The notes under the pieces: generated by a model
The model's database searches: none
Told to the model about the DNA's origin: nothing
Seen by the model: the letters and a program-made list of their open reading frames with translations, nothing else
Program-made: the position numbers and the translations under genes
Assembly: GCA_043819795.1 (NCBI GenBank)
Contig: JBDREN010000033.1
Span: 1 to 28,491 of the forward strand
Direction of reading: 5' to 3'
Source of the DNA: Elusimicrobiota bacterium
GTDB taxonomy: Bacteria > Elusimicrobiota > Elusimicrobia > UBA1565
Length of the DNA stretch: 28,491 nucleotides
Part shown: positions 19,620 to 28,491 of the stretch, in pieces
How positions within the stretch are numbered: position 1 is the first letter of the stretch
How the letters are laid out: each line of letters opens with the position of its first letter

Positions 19620-20906
19620 ATGAGGATCGATCACAGGACGGCGACGCATCTCGGGCTCGCGGCGGCTTTGGCCCTGGGCATGGGCTGCGTGAGCGCCAAG
19701 AAGTACTCCGCGCTCACCACCCAGGCCGACAAGACGGGCCAGGAGCTCGAGCAGACCAGGCAGACGCTCGCCCAGACGGCCGAGGCCCTGGACAAGGAGA
19801 AGAAGTGGGCGGGCGAGCTCGAGGCGGGCCTGACCGTAGCCCGGTCGGCCATGGTCGAGAGCAAGCAGGAGGCCGCCGCGCTGGAGGCGAGCCTCGCCGA
19901 GTCGCGGGCCGCCTTGGCCGAGACGAGAAAGAAAGGCGAGGAGCTGGAGGCGACCATAGCCCACGCGAAGACGCGCAACGAGCAGCTCGAGGCCGAGCGC
20001 GACCGTCTCGAGGCGGCCCAGACCGACCTGTCGAACGCCTTGAGCGCCAAGCGCGGCGAGCTCTCCAAGATGAACCTGAGGCTTCAGGAGGAGACGGCCA
20101 CGGCCAAGAAGAGCCTGTCCCAGACCCAGGCCCGCGTCTCGGACCTCGACCGCCGCATCCGGGAGCTCGAGACGACCCAGGACCAGCTCAGCGCCAAGGC
20201 GACCCAGATCGAGGCCGAGCGGGACCAGCTGCGCCTGAGCAACGACGAGCTCTCCCAGTCGCTCAAGGCCGGGCAGGACGAGCTCTCCGACACGGTCTCC
20301 CGGCTGAGCACGGAGAAACAGGCCCTCGAGAAAAAGATCGCGGGGCTCACCAAGGAGCAGGACGAGATACGCGCCAAGCAGGCCCGCGAGCTGGAGCAGA
20401 CCACGGCCACCTACGAGAGCCTCTTGGGCGAGCTCAAGGCCGAGATAGACGAGGGTCAGGTGAAGATCACGCAGTACGAAGGCAAGCTGACGCTCAACGT
20501 GGCCGAGACGATATTCTTCGCCTCCGGGGAGACCTCCATCAAGAAGGGCGGCCGCGAGGTTCTCTCACGCGTCGGGGACATCATCCGGCACCTGTCCGAC
20601 AAGCAGGTCCGCATCGAAGGCCACACGGACAACGTTCCCATCGCCCGGTCTTTGCGCGCGAAATTCCCCACGAACTGGGAGCTTTCGACCGCGCGCGCCA
20701 CCACGGTCGCGCGCTACCTTCAGGAAAATGCCGGGGTGGACCCGTCGCTGATCTCGGCGGCGGGCTACGGGGAATACCGGCCCGTCGCCTCCAACGATAC
20801 TACGGAAGGGAAGGCCCGCAACCGCCGCATCGAGATCGTTCTCCTCGACCGCGACCTGGGCCGCGCTCCCGAACCTCCGGAGATGAAGCCGGAGGCGGCC
20901 GAATAG
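19620..20906 (+). CDS. Lipoprotein with long coiled coil and a C-terminal OmpA/MotB peptidoglycan-binding domain
   Basis: SD GAGGAG before the ATG at 19620; lipobox LGMGC; roughly 250 aa of heptad-rich sequence; EGHTDN..NWELSTARA..GYGEYRP..NRRIEI. Confidence 0.88.
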   Translation: MRIDHRTATHLGLAAALALGMGCVSAKKYSALTTQADKTGQELEQTRQTLAQTAEALDKEKKWAGELEAGLTVARSAMVESKQEAAALEASLAESRAALAETRKKGEELEATIAHAKTRNEQLEAERDRLEAAQTDLSNALSAKRGELSKMNLRLQEETATAKKSLSQTQARVSDLDRRIRELETTQDQLSAKATQIEAERDQLRLSNDELSQSLKAGQDELSDTVSRLSTEKQALEKKIAGLTKEQDEIRAKQARELEQTTATYESLLGELKAEIDEGQVKITQYEGKLTLNVAETIFFASGETSIKKGGREVLSRVGDIIRHLSDKQVRIEGHTDNVPIARSLRAKFPTNWELSTARATTVARYLQENAGVDPSLISAAGYGEYRPVASNDTTEGKARNRRIEIVLLDRDLGRAPEPPEMKPEAAE

Positions 20907-20916
20907 CTCTCGGGTT

Positions 20917-21477
20917 TCAGGAAGGCTTTCCGGCCTTGAACGTCTCCAGCACGCGCCGGAAGACGCCCGCGTAGGCGCCGCCCTCGTCCTCGGGGCCCGC
21001 GTCGTTGATCGCGTAGAACCCGCCGCCCGTTTCCAAGAGGACCGTTCGCATGGCCAGCCGGCCCTCGGGGGCGTACTCGGGGGATTGCGGCAGGGGCTTG
21101 CACCAGCGCAGCTCCCGTGCCTGCACCCCCCCCACATCGAGCGGCGCCGCCTTGCGCGCGGTTTCGGCGGAAGGGCAATCGTGGGAGGCGACGTAGTCCT
21201 CGTACTCGGCCGGCGAGGAGTACACCTTGTTGCCCCGTGGGAAGAAGTCGACGGAGATGTAGTGCCGGACCGCGCGCTTTCCTTCAGGCGGAGGCGCCAG
21301 GAACTGCGCGCCGGGGACGTCCTCGCTGCGGCTCTCGATGACCGTCCAGTCCGAGGGCACCTCGACCGAGAAGCCGCCCTTGGCGAGCGAATACGTCCGG
21401 AAGCCTTCCTGTTTCATGGGACACCCCGACAATAGAAGGGCGAAGGCGGCGGTGGCCGCGAACGGTCCCGTCCTCAT
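20917..21477 (-). CDS. Small lipoprotein, possibly PsbP/DcrB-like fold
   Basis: The ATG at 21477 overlaps the upstream TGA (ATGA coupling). Lipobox LLSGC; FRTY....GFSVEVPSDW start; ends F.RVLETFK. Confidence 0.65.
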   Translation of the reverse strand: MRTGPFAATAAFALLLSGCPMKQEGFRTYSLAKGGFSVEVPSDWTVIESRSEDVPGAQFLAPPPEGKRAVRHYISVDFFPRGNKVYSSPAEYEDYVASHDCPSAETARKAAPLDVGGVQARELRWCKPLPQSPEYAPEGRLAMRTVLLETGGGFYAINDAGPEDEGGAYAGVFRRVLETFKAGKPS

Positions 21478-23210
21478 TTGTCGACGAGGGCTTGCAGACC
21501 CTTGGGCAGGGGCACGTCGAGCTTGTCGCTCATCTCGCGGAGCAGGGCCTTGTTCTGGTCGTCGAGCTTCATGGGCTGCTGTTTCCGGACCCATTCTTCC
21601 CGCGTAAGGTCCAATCTGGCGACGGTCTTGCCGAACGTGGCCGCCATATCATCCTTGTGATCCGCGAGGATCCCGTGCTTGACGGCGCGGGAGTAGGCAG
21701 TCTTGAGCTGCCTCACCCCGTACATCGGATACGGCTTGTCCGCGATGCTCTCCGCCACGAGCACGTGGGACTCGACGCTCAGCTTGGGCCACTCGCGCTC
21801 ATGGCGGCCCAAAGCGCGGTCGTAGTATTCCTTCAACTTACCGAAGCCGAACCGTATCTCGCCGACCGGCTTGCAGCTGTCCCCGTAGAGAGACGCGATC
21901 CCCCTGCGATTGGCGGTCAGGTCACGGGCGTAGTCCTCGTATTGGACCCAGTTGGAGGACAGGGGCTGGATCCTCATCATGAGGGAGGGATCCTCCTTGG
22001 CCTTCTCATGATAATAGCGGTTCTGGTTCCCGAAGGCCTCCCACTCCTGCTCCACCGGGTAGGTGAGCTTGTTGAAGATATCGACCCACCCGTTGACGGT
22101 ATCCTTCAAGAAGCCCCTGTACCTCTGCCGGGCCTGGGCCGCATGGGTCATCTCATGCACGTAGAGACCGTCGAACTCCCCGGCGACCTTCTCGATCATC
22201 CCGGGGTTCTTGGCGAGGTACGCGCGCAGCTTGACGGGATCCTCGAGCTCCTTCTCATCCGCGCCTGGATCGTAGAATTTGACCACGCCGGCCACCCGCG
22301 AAGTGTTAAAGCGGATCAATCCGCGACCCTTCTTGTCATGGTCGGCGAGAGTCTCCGCGTCAAGCTGAGCGAAATCGACTTTGGGAGGATCCGGCACCCG
22401 ATCGAGGACCTCCCTCCCGACTTCATAGCGGCCGACCTGATGGTTCAGAGCGGCGCCGACGCGCTTGCCGACTTCGGACGGACGGATAGGCTTCTGCGCC
22501 GGCGCCGGGGGCGGAGCCTCGACCGCCAGCGAAGGCACGCCCCCGACCCTGGGCACGGCGTTGAGCAGCGCCGTCTCCTTGGCGGAAAGCCCGCGCCCCG
22601 GCTTCGCCGGGCTCCCCGCTCCCGCCACCGCACCGCCGGCGGCGTCCATATACCGGGCTCTGCCCAGCGCCTGGGCGAGCCGGCCAGCCTTGAGGCCCAA
22701 GGCCTTGCGCCGCTCCGGGCCGACCTTGGAATCCTTGAGAAGCTTCTTGATGGTCTCGAGCTCGAGCTTCCGCCCGGCCTCGGTGGCGGTAGCGCCCGCG
22801 GGCTTCCTGCGCGGGACGCCTTTTGGGATATAGTTCGCGATGGCGGCGCCGAGCCCCTCCGCCTCCATCCCAAGCTTGGCGCCGACAAGCTCTATCTTCG
22901 CGCGGTAAAGGGCGATCTCCCCCCCGCTCGCGCACGGGAGCGCGCAACCCTCCTGCACGTCCCGGCCCTCGAGCAGGACGGCCCGCAACTCCTTGAGCCC
23001 TTCCGGTGGGACCTCCGGCAGGGAGACCGCATCGTCTATATAAGGCTCGCCGGGCCGGTGCTTCAGGAAAGACTGGTGGGAAACGGCCGAGGCCAGCGAG
23101 AGAGCCTCGCCAAAAGACGGCTCCTCGGCCTCGGACTGCGCGCAACGGACGTCTTGCGCTCCGAGACAAAGGGCCGTCAGCAGGCCGGTTATCAGCCAAG
23201 GGCGGGTCAT
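21474..23210 (-). CDS. Secreted hypothetical protein with an HExxH zinc-metallopeptidase motif
   Basis: 578 aa; signal peptide; Ala/Pro-rich linker; LYVHEMTHAAQ (HEMTH at 22143-22157) with downstream EQEWEAF. Confidence 0.7.
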   Translation of the reverse strand: MTRPWLITGLLTALCLGAQDVRCAQSEAEEPSFGEALSLASAVSHQSFLKHRPGEPYIDDAVSLPEVPPEGLKELRAVLLEGRDVQEGCALPCASGGEIALYRAKIELVGAKLGMEAEGLGAAIANYIPKGVPRRKPAGATATEAGRKLELETIKKLLKDSKVGPERRKALGLKAGRLAQALGRARYMDAAGGAVAGAGSPAKPGRGLSAKETALLNAVPRVGGVPSLAVEAPPPAPAQKPIRPSEVGKRVGAALNHQVGRYEVGREVLDRVPDPPKVDFAQLDAETLADHDKKGRGLIRFNTSRVAGVVKFYDPGADEKELEDPVKLRAYLAKNPGMIEKVAGEFDGLYVHEMTHAAQARQRYRGFLKDTVNGWVDIFNKLTYPVEQEWEAFGNQNRYYHEKAKEDPSLMMRIQPLSSNWVQYEDYARDLTANRRGIASLYGDSCKPVGEIRFGFGKLKEYYDRALGRHEREWPKLSVESHVLVAESIADKPYPMYGVRQLKTAYSRAVKHGILADHKDDMAATFGKTVARLDLTREEWVRKQQPMKLDDQNKALLREMSDKLDVPLPKGLQALVDK

Positions 23211-23227
23211 GGGGGTCCCTCACCCAA

Positions 23228-23256
23228 TATATGACCCCAAAAACCGTTTTTGTCAA
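23228..23256 (-). promoter_or_regulatory. Possible sigma70 promoter of the HExxH gene
   Basis: Minus strand TTGACA-N17-CATATA in an AT-rich divergent intergenic region. Confidence 0.4.
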
Positions 23257-23326
23257 TAGAAATAGGCATATGCCGGACGCGTGTCATTACTATAGTCGCG
23301 CTAAATTTCCTAGACTTTGGTCCCTT

Positions 23327-24061
23327 ATGCGCTTTCTCCTGCTCCTCGGGCTGCTCGTCTCCGGCTCCTCGGCCGGGGAGCCCCGGATCGACGCCGAGGC
23401 CCTCGTCCGCAGGGTCGAGACCGCCCACCGGGGCAAGACTTCGCGCGCGGTCGCGCGCATGCGCATCGTCACCGAGTTCTGGAAGCGCGAGCTCACGATG
23501 GAGATGTGGGGCGAGGGGCGCGAGCGCTTCCTCGCGGTCGTCCGCTCGCCCAAGAAGGAGCGCGGCACGGCCACGCTCAAGCGCGACGACGAGGTCTGGA
23601 ACTACCTCCCGAAGATAGACCGCCTCATCAAGGTCCCCTCCAGCCTCATGGGCGACAGCTGGATGGGCAGCCACATCACCAACGACGACCTGGTCAAGGA
23701 GGACAAGATCGAGGAGCTCTTCGACCTCACGGTCGAGTCGGTCGAGGGGTCCACCGTCACGATCCTCTGCGTCCCGAAGCCGGACGCGGCCGTGGTGTGG
23801 GGCAAGATCGTCTACCACGTGGACCAAGAGCGCCTCATCGCCCTCGATGTGGACTACTACGACGAGGACGGCGAGAAGGTGCGCACCCTCGCCTTCGACA
23901 AGGTCGAGAAGATCGCCGGCCGCTGGATCCCCCTGCGGATAAAGATCCTGCCCGTGGACAACCCGGACGAGCGCACGGAGATCGTCTACGACGAGCTGGA
24001 GCTGGATATCCCCCTCAAGAAGGGACTTTTCTCCCTGCGCGGCCTCAGGAGGAAGCGGTGA
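23327..24061 (+). CDS. LolA-like 'outer membrane lipoprotein-sorting protein'
   Basis: Signal peptide; SPKKERGTATLK...WNYLPKIDR.IK.PSS.MGDSWMGSHITNDDL; VVWGKI; YYDEDG; FSLRGL. Confidence 0.85.
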   Translation: MRFLLLLGLLVSGSSAGEPRIDAEALVRRVETAHRGKTSRAVARMRIVTEFWKRELTMEMWGEGRERFLAVVRSPKKERGTATLKRDDEVWNYLPKIDRLIKVPSSLMGDSWMGSHITNDDLVKEDKIEELFDLTVESVEGSTVTILCVPKPDAAVVWGKIVYHVDQERLIALDVDYYDEDGEKVRTLAFDKVEKIAGRWIPLRIKILPVDNPDERTEIVYDELELDIPLKKGLFSLRGLRRKR

Positions 24062-25299
24062 AGCTCTTCCTCCGTCTGGCCGCGCGCAACCTGGGAAGGC
24101 GGCCCGTTCGCACGTTGCTGACCATGTCCGCCATGGCCGGCGCCACGGCGCTCTTGGTGGTGGCCCTAGGGCTCCTCTACGGGATGATCTGGGACATGGT
24201 GGCCTCGGCCACCGAGACCTACTACGGGCACGCGGTCGTCACCGCCGAGAGATACCTGGACCGGCACCGGATCCAGCTAACCATGGATCAAGACGAGCCT
24301 CCGGAGGCGGTCCTCGACCACCCGGAGGTGACCGGGCGCGCGGCCCGGGTCCGCGGGTTCATGCTTCTGAGCGCGGGCGAGGGCGAAGAGAGCCAGACCC
24401 AGCCGGCCGAGGTCCTGGGCATCGACCCCGAGGCGGAGCGCGGGGTGAGCCGGCTTCCCAAGCGCGTCGCCGAAGGACGCTTTCTCTCGGGACTCAAGGG
24501 CGGCGAGATCGTGCTGGGACGGGGTCTGGCCCGCCGGCTCGGCGCGAAGATCGGGACCGAGATCGCGGCCATGGGCCAGGCCGCGGACGGCTCCATCGCG
24601 GCCGAGCTCTTCACGGTGACCGGCATCCTCGAGACCGGGGACAAGCTCCGCGACACGTCGCTGGCCCTCGTCGGCCGCGAGGACCTTCAGGCCGCGCTCA
24701 GCCTGGAGGGCAGGGTCCACGAATGGGTCCTCGCGCTCAAGCAGCCTCTCCAGGCCAAGCTGTGGGCCGAAGCGATCAAGGAGGCCGTGAAAGGCCGCGG
24801 CGTCGAGGTCTCCCCTTGGGACAGGTTCCTGCCGCAGATGAGCGAGATGATCGAGATGACCGGCGTCTACAGGACCATCTACGCGGTGATCTTCTACTTC
24901 GCGGTCGTGCTCGTGACCATGAACACCATGTACATGGCCCTCCACGAGCGCGTGCGCGAGTTCGCCATCATGGGCGCCGTGGGACTCAAGCCGACGCGGC
25001 TGGCGTCGCTTCTCATCATCGAAGCTCTCTACCTGAGCCTCGCCTCGGCGATCGCGGGCGGCGCGATCGGCGCGGCGTGGAGTCATCACTGGAACGTCCA
25101 TCCGCTGGACTTCCGCGAGAGCTTCACGTCGCTCACCTGGGTCGGCGCCTCGATCGAGCCGGTATTCCGCACCGCCCCCGGCTTCGAGCACGTCCTCTTC
25201 CCGGTCCTCATGACCGCCCTGATCGGCATCGTCGTCGCCCTTCTGCCGGCCTTCAAGCTCTACAGGCTGCGGCCGGTCGAGGTCCTGAGAGAGGTCTGA
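24058..25299 (+). CDS. ABC transporter permease (FtsX/MacB/LolE family)
   Basis: GTGA overlap start; LAARNLGRRPVRTLLT; periplasmic domain; NTMYMALHERVREFAIM; P.EVLR C-terminus. Confidence 0.9.
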   Translation: MKLFLRLAARNLGRRPVRTLLTMSAMAGATALLVVALGLLYGMIWDMVASATETYYGHAVVTAERYLDRHRIQLTMDQDEPPEAVLDHPEVTGRAARVRGFMLLSAGEGEESQTQPAEVLGIDPEAERGVSRLPKRVAEGRFLSGLKGGEIVLGRGLARRLGAKIGTEIAAMGQAADGSIAAELFTVTGILETGDKLRDTSLALVGREDLQAALSLEGRVHEWVLALKQPLQAKLWAEAIKEAVKGRGVEVSPWDRFLPQMSEMIEMTGVYRTIYAVIFYFAVVLVTMNTMYMALHERVREFAIMGAVGLKPTRLASLLIIEALYLSLASAIAGGAIGAAWSHHWNVHPLDFRESFTSLTWVGASIEPVFRTAPGFEHVLFPVLMTALIGIVVALLPAFKLYRLRPVEVLREV

Positions 25300-26540
25300 T
25301 GCTCTGGCTCAAGCTCGGCTGGCGCAACCTCTGGCGGTCCCCGCGGCGCACCGCCATCGAGCTCGCCTCCATCGCGGGCGCCGTGTTCCTCTGCATGTTC
25401 ATGGTATGCATGCAGGCGGGGATGTATCCCAAGATGATCGAGGAAGGCACCCGGATGGGCAGCGGCCACGTGGGCTTCTACCGGAAGGGCTATCTGGACT
25501 TGCGCCAGGTCAGCCTCTCCTTCCCCGTCACGGAGCTTATCGCAAAACTCGACAAAAACCCCGAGGTATCGGGAGTCTACGCCCGCGTCCTCCTGCCCGG
25601 GCTCGCGCGCTCCAGCCACGACAGCCGCGGCGGCGTGATGATGGGCGTGGATTTCCCGAGGGAGGCTGAGATCAACCCGCTCCTCAAGGACAAACGCATC
25701 GTCGAGGGACGGCTGCCCGAGGAGGACAAGCTCTGGGAGGCGGTCATGGGCGCGGAGCTGGCCAACGAGCTCGGCCTCAAGCTCGGGCGCAAGTTCGTAT
25801 GGATGGCCCAGGACCATAAGGGCGAGATGGTGAGCCGCCTCTTCCGCGTGCGCGGGCTTCTCGACACCGGCATCCCGGATATCGACAAGGGAGCGGTGCT
25901 CGTCCACCGCCGGGCCGCGGCGCGGCTCCTGGGCGCCGAGGACCGGGCGCACGAACTCGCGGTCCTCTTGAGCGATTACCGTCAAGCGGAACGGTTCCTG
26001 CCCAAGGCCGAAGAGCTCGCCTCGGGACTCGCCGGGGTGGAGGCCCTTCCCTGGCAGGAGGCCATGCCGCAGATCGCCGACGCCATCAGGCTCGACCGGA
26101 CGAGCGGGTACATCTTCTTCGGGCTCATCCTGGTCCTGGTCGGGCTCGGCACGGCCAACACCATGCTCATGAGCGTGATGGAGCGCGTCCGGGAGTTCGG
26201 GGTGGTGCGCGCGCTGGGCTTGGGCGGACCGGGGATCGTGAGCATGGTCTTCGCGGAAGGCGTGGTGCTGGGCGTCTTCGGCGCCGTCGTGGGCATCCTG
26301 CTCTGGATCCCCCTGGGGCTCTACGGCATGACCCACGGCATCGATTTCTCGGGGCTCATGAGCGGCGAAGGCCAGGAGTTCGGCGGCGTGCTCATCGAGC
26401 CCATCCTCAAGACCGGCTGGGACTGGCCCAAGACCGCGGTCGTGACCCTGATCGTGGCGGCGCTGGCTCTCGTCGCGTCGATCTACCCCACCTGCAGGGC
26501 GTTGCGCGTGCGGCCGGCCGACGCCATGAGGAGATACTGA
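25299..26540 (+). CDS. ABC transporter permease (FtsX/MacB/LolC family), second subunit
   Basis: TGATG coupling; LGWRNLWRSPRRT; NTMLMSVMERVREFGVVRALG; SIYP..RA....PADAMR. Confidence 0.9.
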   Translation: MLWLKLGWRNLWRSPRRTAIELASIAGAVFLCMFMVCMQAGMYPKMIEEGTRMGSGHVGFYRKGYLDLRQVSLSFPVTELIAKLDKNPEVSGVYARVLLPGLARSSHDSRGGVMMGVDFPREAEINPLLKDKRIVEGRLPEEDKLWEAVMGAELANELGLKLGRKFVWMAQDHKGEMVSRLFRVRGLLDTGIPDIDKGAVLVHRRAAARLLGAEDRAHELAVLLSDYRQAERFLPKAEELASGLAGVEALPWQEAMPQIADAIRLDRTSGYIFFGLILVLVGLGTANTMLMSVMERVREFGVVRALGLGGPGIVSMVFAEGVVLGVFGAVVGILLWIPLGLYGMTHGIDFSGLMSGEGQEFGGVLIEPILKTGWDWPKTAVVTLIVAALALVASIYPTCRALRVRPADAMRRY

Positions 26541-27235
26541 TGGCGGATACTCGACCTGTCGTCAAGGTACGCAACGCCGTGAAGCACTTCCAGAGCGGCA
26601 ACCAGAAGGTCCGGGCCGTGGACGGCGTGGACCTCGAGCTGCCCAAAGGCGATTTCGCGGCCCTGGCCGGACCGTCCGGCAGCGGCAAGACCACTTTACT
26701 CAACCTCATCGGAGGCCTGGACCGGCCGGACAAGGGCGAGATCTGGATCGACGGGCAGGCCGTCTCCAGACTAAGCGACGACGAGTTCACGTCCCTGCGC
26801 CTGTACAAGATCGGGTTCGTGTTCCAGGCCTACAACCTCATCCCGGTGCTCAGCGCCTACGAGAACGTCCAGTTCATCCTGCAGATCCAGGGCGTTCCGG
26901 AACGGGACCACGCCGAGCGGATCCACCCTTTCATGAGGATGCTCGGCCTCAAAGGCCTGGAGAACCGCCGCCCCCCTCAGCTGAGCGGCGGCCAGCAGCA
27001 GCGCGTGGCCGTGGCGCGATCCGTCGTGGGACGCCCCGCCATCGTGCTCGCGGACGAGCCCACCGCGAACCTCGACTCGGAGACGGCCGGCAGTCTCATG
27101 GACCTCATGCGCAAACTTAACGAGGAGCAGAGCGTGACCTTCCTGTTCAGCAGCCACGACCCCCTGGTCCTCGAGCGCGCCCGGCGCGTGATCCGGCTGC
27201 GCGACGGAAAGATCCAGTCGGATGAGAAAAAATAG
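26540..27235 (+). CDS. ABC transporter ATP-binding protein (LolD/MacB-like)
   Basis: GPSGSGKT, IGFVFQAYNL, LSGGQQQRVAVAR, LADEPTANLD and SSHD. Confidence 0.95.
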   Translation: MADTRPVVKVRNAVKHFQSGNQKVRAVDGVDLELPKGDFAALAGPSGSGKTTLLNLIGGLDRPDKGEIWIDGQAVSRLSDDEFTSLRLYKIGFVFQAYNLIPVLSAYENVQFILQIQGVPERDHAERIHPFMRMLGLKGLENRRPPQLSGGQQQRVAVARSVVGRPAIVLADEPTANLDSETAGSLMDLMRKLNEEQSVTFLFSSHDPLVLERARRVIRLRDGKIQSDEKK

Positions 27236-28490
27236 CGCGGCCGCGGCCCCGCCTCCCGCGGGACCGCGCGGCTGGGCTGGGCCCATAGCCGCGGCCGCCG
27301 CGCTGCTCATCACCCTTCCGGCCCTGGGAGAGGCCGCCGTCGAGACCGGCGTGGCCCTGCGAGAGAACCTCTTCCATTCGGGCACGCCGCCCATCGGAGG
27401 CCTCTCTCTTCCGACCAAGGGCTACTGGGTCTCGGGGACCTACATCCGCCCCTCGCTCGGCTACCTGACCGGCCCCTGGTCCCTGTCAACGGCCGTCGAG
27501 TTCCGCACGGTCTGGGACTCCACCGACGCCCCGAACACCGGCGCCGGCCAGGCCGGCGGCAACCCGTTCGGCGGCAGGGCGCTGCTCGAGCGCGTCGACA
27601 TGACGGCGCACCCGGTCCGGGAGCCGCATGCCCAGGCCGACCTGCGCGTCGAGAGGCTCAAGCTCTCGCGCTCCTTTTCGGTCTTCGACGTGGACCTGGG
27701 ACGCCAGCCCGTGACCCTCGGAACGAGCCACTTCGTGGGCGTGCTCGACGTGCTCGCGCCTTTCCCGCCCGGCGACCTCGACTCCACCTACAAGCCGGGA
27801 ATCGACTCCGCACGCGGGCGGATCTCCGTGGGCGAGGAGGGCGAAGCCGAGATCATCGCGGCCGCGGCGGACCCCTGGGCGGAATCGGCCGTGATCGGAC
27901 GCCTGCGACGGCGCGTGAGCAGCCTGGACCTGGAGGTCGTCGTGGGCAAGTTCAGGCGGCGCCTTTTCGGGGGCGCGGGCTGGGAGGGAGACGCGGGGCC
28001 GCTGGCCGTCTGGGGCGAGCTCGCTCTCTTCGAGCGGAGGCTCGACAAGGAGGCGCGTCGCGGCGGGGCGCATGACGCCGCGTTCGTGGGCGTGGCCGGG
28101 ACCGACTGGCGCGTGGCGGGCAACACGACCGTCGGGGGAGCGTTTTTCTACAACGATTTCGGAGCGAGCCGGACCTCGGACCTGCTCGCGGTGGCGACCG
28201 ACGCCCCCTACCGGGAAGGATGGGCCTTCCTGGGCTCACGGTCCTATTTCGTATCCACCTTCCACGCCGAGCCCCACGCTCTGGCCCACTTCGACCTCGC
28301 GGGGATGGTCAACCTCGTTGACGCCTCCACCCTCTGGCAGCCCCGCCTCACTCTCAACGTCCACGACAACGCGGACATCAGCGCCTACGGCTGGTTCGCC
28401 ACCGGCAAAAGACCCGCGGGAGCGGTGCCCCGCTCCGAGTTCGGCTCCGCGGCGGACGGCGCCGGCGTCTACGGCCGGGTGTTCTTCTAG
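27222..28490 (+). CDS. Putative outer-membrane beta-barrel protein
   Basis: Signal peptide; LGRQPVTLG..LDVLAPF..LD..YKPGIDS motif; amphipathic strands; C-terminal YGRVFF. It overlaps the ATPase stop, so it is likely in the same operon. Confidence 0.7.
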   Translation: MRKNSAAAAPPPAGPRGWAGPIAAAAALLITLPALGEAAVETGVALRENLFHSGTPPIGGLSLPTKGYWVSGTYIRPSLGYLTGPWSLSTAVEFRTVWDSTDAPNTGAGQAGGNPFGGRALLERVDMTAHPVREPHAQADLRVERLKLSRSFSVFDVDLGRQPVTLGTSHFVGVLDVLAPFPPGDLDSTYKPGIDSARGRISVGEEGEAEIIAAAADPWAESAVIGRLRRRVSSLDLEVVVGKFRRRLFGGAGWEGDAGPLAVWGELALFERRLDKEARRGGAHDAAFVGVAGTDWRVAGNTTVGGAFFYNDFGASRTSDLLAVATDAPYREGWAFLGSRSYFVSTFHAEPHALAHFDLAGMVNLVDASTLWQPRLTLNVHDNADISAYGWFATGKRPAGAVPRSEFGSAADGAGVYGRVFF

Positions 28491-28491
28491 G

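Overview
This is a GC-rich diderm bacterial window; the lineage cannot be determined from the sequence alone. Left half (1-15.4 kb): a multiheme-cytochrome respiratory island. It holds a partial multiheme cytochrome, a secreted tetraheme cytochrome c, two tandem CbcL-like multiheme cytochrome c / cytochrome b fusions (19 and 11 CxxCH), a short hemA, and an MtrA/DmsE decaheme plus MtrB-type porin with no mtrC. A Cys-rich two-CW protein follows. The island carries three clear sigma54 promoters (two nearly identical, with a shared TGCGCG-N4-CGCGCA upstream palindrome), a sensor kinase with a periplasmic CxxCH, and two colinear copies of an NtrC-type activator 6400 bp apart, both with a non-canonical Walker B (FLNEIG). 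Right half: aceE-aceF without lpdA, an OmpA/MotB-domain coiled-coil lipoprotein, a secreted HExxH protein coupled to a small lipoprotein, and a LolA-like / two-permease / ATPase / outer-membrane-protein operon. The most unexpected signal is a ~45-bp hairpin-forming DNA repeat (63-bp unit). It occurs four times, always in frame in interdomain linkers, in two unrelated gene families (both activators and aceF), and encodes PEG(V/G)RHGAPAGVDA. This resembles Rickettsia-type coding palindromic elements.
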